Assembly: GCA_963836665.1 (NCBI GenBank)
Contig: CAWIKL010000003.1
Span: 4,082 to 68,081 of the forward strand
Source: an uncultured Acidobacteriota bacterium
GTDB lineage: Bacteria; Acidobacteriota; Vicinamibacteria; Vicinamibacterales; 2-12-FULL-66-21
Length of the DNA: 64,000 bases
Direction: 5' to 3'
Shown here in pieces: positions 56,544 to 64,000 of this stretch. The notes beneath the pieces were generated by a model. The model was not told where the DNA came from. It did not search any database and saw nothing but the letters and a program-made list of their open reading frames with translations. The translations under genes and the position numbers were made by a program. Within the stretch, counting starts at the first letter, position 1. Each line of letters opens with the position of its first letter.

Positions 56544-57432
56544 CTACAGCCTGTCCGCGATCATGACGATCCACAACACCGGCAGGTAGAGGATGGATCC
56601 GAAGAAAACGCGGCGCGCGTCGCGGACCTCGCGCGTGCGCGCGAAGCGGACGGTGAGCCAGAGAAACAGGGTCCCGAGTACCGAGCGCCGCGGCGAAATA
56701 TGCGTCGCCGCTCATGTGCATCAGCGTCGGCGCCAGGCTCAGGGGCAGCAGCGCTGCGGCGTAGACCACAGCCTGGCGGCCCGTGCTCCGGCCGTCGGGC
56801 TCGATTACCGGCAGCATCGGAAAGCCCGCGCGCGCGTAGTCGTCGCGGTACATCCAGGCGATCGCCAGGAAGTGCGGCAGCTGCCAGAGGAACATGATGC
56901 CAAACAGCACCCACGCCTTGGTCGGCAGCTCGTTGGCGACGGCCGCCCAGCCGATGATCGGTGGCAGCGCGCCGGGAATCGCGCCGATCACCGTGCTGAA
57001 CGAGGTCTTGCGCTTGAGCGGCGTGTACATCGCCACGTAGGTGACGAGCGTGGTCAACGCGACCGCCGCCGCGAGCAGGTTCGCCGCCGCGAAGATGATC
57101 AGCACGCCGGCCAGCGTCATCACCATCGCGAACAGCAGCCCTTCGACGGGCTGAAGGCGGTGCGCCGGCAGCGGCCGGGTTCGCGTGCGCCGCATCAGCG
57201 CGTCAGTGTCGCGCTCGATCACCTGGTTGAACGCCGAGGCGCCCCCCGCGACGAGCCCGGTCCCCAGCAGCAGCCCGGCCACGCGGAGCAGGCCGAGCGG
57301 CTCGCCATCGCCCATCGCGTAGCCGGCCAGCGTCGAGGCCACCACGAGCATGTTGAGTCTCGGCTTGGCCAGCGCGGAGTAGTCGCGAGACCGGGCCTGG
57401 GCCTGAGGCAGCGTAGCCGCGTCGCTCCTCAC
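56544..57432 (-). CDS. ctaB: Heme O synthase (apparent +1 frameshift at ~56681)
   Basis: KPRL, DALMRRTRTRPLP, WQLPHF. Removing one base restores ALVLGTLFLWL...SILYLPVL...ADRL*. Confidence 0.92.
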
Positions 57433-58445
57433 GGTTGGACCAGCCCCATGTTCCTGTTCTCTGCCGCCTGCCCGCGCTCGGCAAGTGGCGTTCGGATCGG
57501 CTGCACCGACCTTTCGAAGCCGACGCGGAAGGTCCGCAGCGTCAGCACCAGGGAGGTGCCGAGCACCGCCGCGCCATTGACGACGTGCGCCGTGTTGATG
57601 AGCGGGTTCTTGCCGCTCCAGATCACGAAAGCGCCGAGCGTGACTTGGACGAAGACCAGGCCGACGAGCAGGACGGCCGGCCGCACCAGGTCAAGCCGCC
57701 GCGGATGATGGTAGAGGACGTGGCCAGACGTGGCGACGATCGCAAGCGTCGCTACCAGCGCCCCGACCCGGTGCGCGAAGTGAATCGCAATCTTGGGGTC
57801 CCAGACCGGTGGCAGCAGCCTGCCGAAGGCGAACGGGAAGTCGGGGATGGCCAGACCCGCGGCGTTGTGCCGCATCGTCGCGCCGAGAAGAATCTGGGTG
57901 TAGACGAGCGCGGTCGTGACCGCGGCGACGCGGCGCAGCATCGGATCGTCCACGGGCTGGATGGCGTTCTTCCAGCCCGACGACGTGACCAGCGCCAGCG
58001 TCAGCGTCAGGCAGAAGAAGATCTGCGCCAGACCCGCGTGGCCGATCGAGACCGCCGGCGGCAGGAACAGCAGCACGGTGATGCCACCGAGCAGCCCCTG
58101 CAGGATCACCGCGCCGAGTGCCGCGAGCCCGAGTTGGCGCACCCAGGCGCGCGGCTCGACGCGCCACGTCCAGATCGCCAGGATGACGGTCAGGAGGCCG
58201 ACCGTACTGGCAATCAGCCGATGAGAGTGCTCGTAGCGGATCCCCCCGACCCACTTGCTCATCGGGAACGTGAACATGCTCCACCCGTATGTCGTCGGCC
58301 AATCGGGCACGGAGAGCCCCGAGCCGGTGCTCGTCACCATGCCGCCGGCGGCGATGAGCAGGACCGTGCAGGCGGCGACGAGCGTGGCGTAACGGTGATG
58401 CCAGAGCAAAGCGCGGGACGCGAGGTGCGAGGCCCGGTCTTCCAT
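57429..58445 (-). CDS. ctaA: Heme A synthase (COX15/CtaA)
   Basis: GSGLSVPDWP, EHSHR, HFAHR. Confidence 0.92.
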   Translation of the reverse strand: MEDRASHLASRALLWHHRYATLVAACTVLLIAAGGMVTSTGSGLSVPDWPTTYGWSMFTFPMSKWVGGIRYEHSHRLIASTVGLLTVILAIWTWRVEPRAWVRQLGLAALGAVILQGLLGGITVLLFLPPAVSIGHAGLAQIFFCLTLTLALVTSSGWKNAIQPVDDPMLRRVAAVTTALVYTQILLGATMRHNAAGLAIPDFPFAFGRLLPPVWDPKIAIHFAHRVGALVATLAIVATSGHVLYHHPRRLDLVRPAVLLVGLVFVQVTLGAFVIWSGKNPLINTAHVVNGAAVLGTSLVLTLRTFRVGFERSVQPIRTPLAERGQAAENRNMGLVQP

Positions 58446-59215
58446 TACTGCGCCTTGAACGAGAACGTGAGTTCCTTCGACTCCTTGTCGCCAAGCGTGA
58501 CCGGCAGCGAGACGCGGCCGAGTTTCTCGTGGACGGCTTCGATGCTATAGGTGCCGGGCGGCACTCCGCGTAGCTCGAACTTGCCGCCGTCGCCGGTGAC
58601 GGCGAAGTACGGATGATCGACGACGCCGACGTAGGCGTTCATCCACGAGTGCACGTCGCACTTCAGCGGGATCAGCACTTCGGGCGACTTGAACGTGAAA
58701 TCGTTCTTCATCCCCTGCACCGGCTGTCCCTGGTTGAACTCCTGGTTGTCCTTCGGCATGCCGTGCACGTTGTGCAGCGTATTGTCGCTGTTGACGATCT
58801 CGAGCGGCTGTGACGTCCGCACCCCCACCACGTGCGGCACGTAGTGGCAGCCCTTCTGGTCGATCCGCACCGGTTCGGTCGGTGTCTCGAAGATGTACTT
58901 GTTGCCGAGACCGTCCTTGATGTAGACGAAGACGTTCTTCAAGCCGCCGTTGTCGACAACGTAGGACTCGCCGGCGAGCTCGGCGCTGCCGCAGGCGGAA
59001 TCCGAGGTCATTTTGATCGTCGGATTCTGTGGCGCGGCTCCCTCGAGCACGACCCTGCCGGAGATGGTGCCGGCCGTGGCGGCGTCGACGCGTTTGGCGT
59101 CAGGCGCGGCTTTCGGCGACGAGGCCTGAGCCGATTTACTCTGATCGGATCCGCCGCAGGCGGCGATGACGAGGGCGAGGGTGAGGGGCGCTAAGGCTTT
59201 ATAAATGCGGAACAT
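58445..59215 (-). CDS. Lipoprotein with cupredoxin-like and carboxypeptidase-regulatory-like domains
   Basis: IAAC lipobox, HNVH...KCDVHSWM. Confidence 0.75.
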   Translation of the reverse strand: MFRIYKALAPLTLALVIAACGGSDQSKSAQASSPKAAPDAKRVDAATAGTISGRVVLEGAAPQNPTIKMTSDSACGSAELAGESYVVDNGGLKNVFVYIKDGLGNKYIFETPTEPVRIDQKGCHYVPHVVGVRTSQPLEIVNSDNTLHNVHGMPKDNQEFNQGQPVQGMKNDFTFKSPEVLIPLKCDVHSWMNAYVGVVDHPYFAVTGDGGKFELRGVPPGTYSIEAVHEKLGRVSLPVTLGDKESKELTFSFKAQ

Positions 59216-59230
59216 AACCCTCTAGATCTA

Positions 59231-60640
59231 TCACGAACCTGATGCCTCCCGCAGCTTGCGGATGATTCGGTCCTGGATCCAGTGGGCGTCCCACCATTCG
59301 ACCGGGTTCACCATCTGGCCGTTGACCAGCATCGTGAAGTGCAGGTGATCACCGCCGGCCATGCCGGTCATGCCGCTCTTGCCCATCTCCTGTTCCTTCT
59401 CGACGCTGTCCCCGACCTTGACCGCGATCGATGAGAGGTGGCCGTAGAGCGACTGTACGCCCATGCCGTGGTCGAGGATGACGCAGTTACCGTAGATGCC
59501 GAGCGGTCCGGCGTGCATCACCTTGCCTTTGTTGGCGGCCACGACCGGCGAGTTGACGACGCGCGCGAGATCGAAGCCCAGGTGCGTCTGGCGATCGACT
59601 TCCTTCCCGCCGTACATGTAAGTCCGTTTATCGGCGAACGCCGCCTCGACGGCGGAGTTCGTGAACGGATGAAAGACGACGCCGCCCCAGATCATGTCGG
59701 GTGACGACTCTTTCGCGTAACTGGCGATCTTCTGTGCGTTGATCTGGCGCAGCTTGCCGTTGGCCTGAAGGAAGTCCTGCAGCGGGTCGCCGGTGGTCTT
59801 GACCTCAGGGGAGTTCTCGTAGATCCACGGCACCGCCTTGTTGATGAACTTGTCGTCGATCGGGATCGTGCTCTTTTTGAATGGTTTGGGGAACGCGAGG
59901 TGATCGAAGTCGGCACGCGCGCTGTTGCCCGCTTCGTCCTTCGCGTAGGCGTGCATCGGCGTGTTGACATCCTGATCCCAGCGCAGCGCGATGAAGGCAA
60001 CCTTCACCGCGGGATCGGCGATGTGAACCCCTTCCATCTTCGCCCCGCCCGCCGGGTACCCTGGGTAGGCGAGATCGCCGACCATCACACCCGACTCGAC
60101 GTCCGCTGGCGTGGCGCGGTAGACGACCATCTCGGAGCCGCCGAGGTTGATGTAGTGCTTGGTCGAGAGCACCGCGATCGTCGGCTTCTCGAGCCGGACG
60201 GTGACGTCACGCGTCGCCGTCGACCTCGCCTTTCGCATCCCGAAGAGCACCGGTCGCTCCGCCGTGACGACGATGCGCGCCGGACCGCTCTTCAAATCCG
60301 GCACGTTCTCGCGTGTGATCGTCGCCGTCAGGACGGCTCCGGCCGGCGTGGCGCCGCCGGTCGCCTGCAGGCTCGTCGTTGCCGTTCCTGCCGGGGCGCC
60401 CGCCGGCGTCTTCTCGAGGGAAAACAGCGGCGTCTGTTTGCCGTTCTGCTCGAAAGCGACATCCAGCTTCGTCACCTTTCCCTGCGGCGCCGTCACTTGT
60501 ACCTCGAGAGGTGTCGACGCGCCGACGTATTTCGTGGGCTTGGCGATCTCGATCGCCGGTCCTGGCATCCGGCCGGCGTACACGAACAGTCCGCCTGCGA
60601 CGAGGGCGACGAGCAGAAGAAGGGCGAGGAGATACCGCAT
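59231..60640 (-). CDS. M23 family metallopeptidase
   Basis: HLGFD, YGHLS, HLHF. Confidence 0.92.
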   Translation of the reverse strand: MRYLLALLLLVALVAGGLFVYAGRMPGPAIEIAKPTKYVGASTPLEVQVTAPQGKVTKLDVAFEQNGKQTPLFSLEKTPAGAPAGTATTSLQATGGATPAGAVLTATITRENVPDLKSGPARIVVTAERPVLFGMRKARSTATRDVTVRLEKPTIAVLSTKHYINLGGSEMVVYRATPADVESGVMVGDLAYPGYPAGGAKMEGVHIADPAVKVAFIALRWDQDVNTPMHAYAKDEAGNSARADFDHLAFPKPFKKSTIPIDDKFINKAVPWIYENSPEVKTTGDPLQDFLQANGKLRQINAQKIASYAKESSPDMIWGGVVFHPFTNSAVEAAFADKRTYMYGGKEVDRQTHLGFDLARVVNSPVVAANKGKVMHAGPLGIYGNCVILDHGMGVQSLYGHLSSIAVKVGDSVEKEQEMGKSGMTGMAGGDHLHFTMLVNGQMVNPVEWWDAHWIQDRIIRKLREASGS

Positions 60641-60690
60641 GTGTCGATGATACCGCGCCGACCCGCGCCACGCGGATTGCGATCCGCGGA

Positions 60691-63435
60691 TTACTGCAGC
60701 CTGGCGTATTCGGCCTGAGCTTGCGTCAGGATCGGAATGTCGGAGTCGGCGTCTTTCCACAACGCCAGGAAGTCCTGGTAGGCCTTCTTCGATCCGGCCG
60801 CTTCTCCTGACGACGTGAGCGCTCTGCCCAACTGCAAGTGCGCGATGGCGCCGATCGGATCGGCCAGCACGATGCCTGGATGCTCCAGGACTCTCCGAAA
60901 TTCCGCGGCGGCCTCCCGGCCTTGTCCGGCGTCAAGGTACGCCTGTCCGCGCACATACACCGGATACAGCCCGCCGAATCTGGCGAAGAACGCCGTGCCC
61001 GGCATCGCCAGGTCATAGGGCAGCGCGGTCTGCAGCCGCTCGATTGCTTCCAGCGGCGCCTTGCGGGAGCGCGCGAACAGCGCGCGCAGCGTGGGAAGAT
61101 ACTCGAATTGCACCGGGGTATCCTCCGGGAATCGTGTGGCCAGATCCTCGGCCAGACGTTGCGAGGTTGCGCCGTCGCCGCACAGCGCGAGCGCAAACGC
61201 GGTCGCGTACGTCACGTCGCGGCCTTTTCCCAGCGCCAGTGCCGCCCGGGCGCGCGCGTCCGCTTCAGCCAGATTCCCGGCATGCCCTTCGCACACGGCG
61301 GCCGCCGCCTCGTAGATAGCCGCCTTCTCGTTGTCGCCGGCCTGCAGCGCGAGTTCGATCGCGCGCCGCCTCATGCTCCTCGCGCTGCGCATCTGCCCGG
61401 AGTGGGCCAGGACCATCGCCTGGTGGTGCGACATCCAGTCTTCCGCTTCCCGGTTTCCGCGCGCCCGCTCGATTTCCCGCTTCATCCCGGCGTCGTCGTG
61501 CTGTAGGAATGCGAGGTAGTAGCGCTGGACAACGAAGAGCGGGATTTCCAGCTTTCTGTCCGCCGCCAGCTGCAGCGCGGCCGTGGCGTCTGCAAACCGG
61601 CCGAGCGAAATATTGTGGCTGGCGAGGCCCTCGTAGGGGAACACCATGTCGGGGTTCAGGCGAATCGTCTGGTGTCCGGCTTGAATCCCCCTCTGGTACT
61701 GGCCCGTTCCGCGTGTGCCCCATCCACCCAGGACCCCCCAGGCCTGCCAATCACGGGGATAGGTCTGCACCCACGCCTCGATCGTTTCCAATTCCTTCTG
61801 CAGATTCCCCGTCAGTCGCCCCTCGTAGAGGAAGATGATGAAGAATCTCTCCAGATCGCTCACGCGATCCCGCAATTCCCAGGCTCTGAGGATGGGGTCA
61901 CGGGAGAGATCCGTTTGTCCCATGTTCCAGTAATAAAACCCCAGGTGGGCCTGCGCCATCGCGAATTCAGGGTCGACCGCGATCGCGCGGTGGAGGTGGG
62001 GCACTGCGGCGGCGAAACCGCGCGCGAACACAGCCTGGCGCGCGGCGGTATACGCCTTGAGCGCTTCCAGCGAGTGCGTCGTCGCCTGTTCGAGCGGCGT
62101 CGACTGCTCGTTGATGGCGGACAGGGATTCGCCGAGTCGCGACCGGATTTGAATGGCGATACGCGTCAGGGCATCGAGGACGTCTTCCTTACTTCGCGCC
62201 TGCACCTGCTCCTGGCCGAGAATGTCGCCCGTGCGGCAATCTCTGGCGCGAAGCCCCAGGACGTACTGGCTGCCGACGCTGGCAATCGAGCCGTCCAGCA
62301 CGGCCGTTCCTCCGGCCCGCTCGCAGATCTCCTGCACCACTTCAGGGGTAAGCCGCGTCTCAGGCGTCTTCCTCATGAAACGCAGTATCTGCCGGACCTG
62401 TTGATCCGAGACGAGGCCCAGCAACGGAGACTGCTCCAGTTGCACCGACAAGCCCTGCCGAAGGATGCCGTCCCACACTGGATCGCCGGTCTTGTTCTCG
62501 AATTCGCTGACCACGATCTTGTGTTTCGCGGCGACCTTCGGCGCACGGCGCGCGCCGGGCTGCCCATCGGTCGCGAGCCGCGCCAGCCGCCGCAGGTCGA
62601 TGGCCAGCTCACGCGCGGTCTGATAGCGTGCAGCCGGATCCTTTTCCAGCGCCTTCTCGACGATATTCATCAGGTCCGCGGGCAGGTCCATCGACGATTC
62701 GGGCCATGTCGGTGCCGCTCGCCCGATCAGCGACTGAAGCCGTTCCAGGTCTGTCGCCCCGTCGAACGGACGCCCGCCTACGAGCAACTCGAACAGGACG
62801 ACGCCGAACGAGAAGACGTCGCTGCGCGCGTCCACGGGCTGGGCCGCCGCCTGCTCGGGTGACATGTAGGCGATGGTTCCGACGATCATTCCGGGTCGCG
62901 TGTGTGCCGAACGCGTCTGGGTCAGCGCGGCGGTGTCCGCGGCTTCCCAGAGCTTGGCCAGACCGAAGTCTGCGAGCTTGGCGTAGCCGTTGGTCGCGAC
63001 CAGGATGTTCTCGGGTTTGATGTCCCGGTGGACGATGCCGGCGGCGTGGGCGGTGGCGAGGCCGTCGGCCACGCCGGTCAGCAGCTCGATGGTCTGCCGC
63101 CACGTGCGTGGGGTGGCCTCGGCCCAGTCCCTGAGCGTGCCGCCATCGACAAACTCCGTCACCAGGTACTGACGGCCGTCGCTCTCTCCCACGTCGTGAA
63201 CCGTCACGATGTGCGGGTGATTCAACGAGGATGCCGTCTGCGCTTCGCGTTGAAAGCGTCGTCGCGCCGCTGCGTCGGCCAGGTCGCCCGACAGCACCTT
63301 GATCGCAACCGGTCGATTCAGCTTCGTGTCGAGCGCGCGGTAGACGACGCCCATGCCGCCTGCACCGAGGTGAGCCTGAACTTGATACGCGCCGATTCGG
63401 TGGCCCGCCGGTATCGACCAGTGGGGATCACTCAC
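60691..63435 (-). CDS. Ser/Thr protein kinase with TPR-rich C-terminus
   Basis: GAGGMG, VAIK, HRDIKPEN, DFG, YMSPE. Confidence 0.95.
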   Translation of the reverse strand: MSDPHWSIPAGHRIGAYQVQAHLGAGGMGVVYRALDTKLNRPVAIKVLSGDLADAAARRRFQREAQTASSLNHPHIVTVHDVGESDGRQYLVTEFVDGGTLRDWAEATPRTWRQTIELLTGVADGLATAHAAGIVHRDIKPENILVATNGYAKLADFGLAKLWEAADTAALTQTRSAHTRPGMIVGTIAYMSPEQAAAQPVDARSDVFSFGVVLFELLVGGRPFDGATDLERLQSLIGRAAPTWPESSMDLPADLMNIVEKALEKDPAARYQTARELAIDLRRLARLATDGQPGARRAPKVAAKHKIVVSEFENKTGDPVWDGILRQGLSVQLEQSPLLGLVSDQQVRQILRFMRKTPETRLTPEVVQEICERAGGTAVLDGSIASVGSQYVLGLRARDCRTGDILGQEQVQARSKEDVLDALTRIAIQIRSRLGESLSAINEQSTPLEQATTHSLEALKAYTAARQAVFARGFAAAVPHLHRAIAVDPEFAMAQAHLGFYYWNMGQTDLSRDPILRAWELRDRVSDLERFFIIFLYEGRLTGNLQKELETIEAWVQTYPRDWQAWGVLGGWGTRGTGQYQRGIQAGHQTIRLNPDMVFPYEGLASHNISLGRFADATAALQLAADRKLEIPLFVVQRYYLAFLQHDDAGMKREIERARGNREAEDWMSHHQAMVLAHSGQMRSARSMRRRAIELALQAGDNEKAAIYEAAAAVCEGHAGNLAEADARARAALALGKGRDVTYATAFALALCGDGATSQRLAEDLATRFPEDTPVQFEYLPTLRALFARSRKAPLEAIERLQTALPYDLAMPGTAFFARFGGLYPVYVRGQAYLDAGQGREAAAEFRRVLEHPGIVLADPIGAIAHLQLGRALTSSGEAAGSKKAYQDFLALWKDADSDIPILTQAQAEYARLQ

Positions 63436-63528
63436 GAGGCCCGCCGCCAGTGCTCAGGTGTGACGGGCATGGTGGGTTGCATCGCGGATTATATGCGCCA
63501 CGAACACGGGAGCTGAGCGTCTCCCGCT

Positions 63529-64000
63529 TTACTGCGTCAGCAGCTGGTACGAAACGATCTTCCACTTGCCCGCCTCGCGGCTCCACAGCAACCCCAGCGT
63601 GCCGCCACCCGCCATGCGGAAGGTGAAGACCACGCCGAAGTATTCAGCACCGCCAGGCTGCGCCGCCGAGGCATCGCACAGGTACTGACGGGCCTCGCTT
63701 TGGGTCAGCGGCATGACCAGGAATTCGCGGCGGAACGGATGGTCCACGACCTGGCGCTGCGGATCGCGCGGCGTGAACGCGGCGATCAGGCTGGTCAGAT
63801 CCGCATGAGCGACCAGCTTCTGGCTCGAGTACTCCATGAGCCGCCGCAGCTCCCGGCGCGAGGCGGCGGCGTCGAGCGGCTCGCCTCTGGTGTCGTTCTT
63901 GAGCGTCAGGCAGGCGTACGACTGCGATGACAGCACGGCCAGTGATTGATCGGTACTGGCGACGCACGAGCCAGTCGGTCAGGAACTCCTGGGCGGCGTC
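63529..64000 (-). CDS. Hypothetical protein, 5'-partial, apparent +1 frameshift at ~63952
   Basis: Removing one base gives continuous DAAQEFLTDWLVRRQYDQSLAVLSSQSYAC... Confidence 0.7.

Overview
High-GC bacterial chromosomal segment. Gene content (Oar-like TonB barrels, VWA/TPR proteins, TPR Ser/Thr kinases, hopanoid genes) suggests Acidobacteriota, probably Vicinamibacteria; this is inference. It has about 54 CDS: hpnD-hpnE, thiI, lacD, def, a two-domain thyX, a MacB/LolCE-type ABC operon ending in a Uxx-star glutaredoxin-like gene, a small islet (PEP-CTERM metalloprotease, IS630 remnant), rhodanese, dipeptidase, padR-pspC, two paralogous TonB-like receptors, an RND efflux operon, a beta-oxidation operon, csoR, a five-gene sulfatase-fold/VWA/TPR operon, a namZ fusion, GGDEF, heme A/O synthesis, an M23 peptidase and a Ser/Thr kinase. 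No rRNA, tRNA or CRISPR was seen. Highlights: (1) a probable selenoprotein (GFGGT-UGA-GV-UAA plus a downstream hairpin) next to an ABC transporter whose permease looks split, with one half fused to an AttH/CrtC-like enzyme; (2) dispersed degenerate 7-nt and 9-nt tandem arrays at gene ends and inside genes; (3) all three clear frameshifts share the context GTAC[C]GA, suggesting a methylation-linked sequencing error; (4) pervasive leaderless and overlapping bidirectional -10 elements; (5) an exported Thr-nucleophile sulfatase-fold plus VWA-TPR operon. All product calls come from motif recognition, not database searches.
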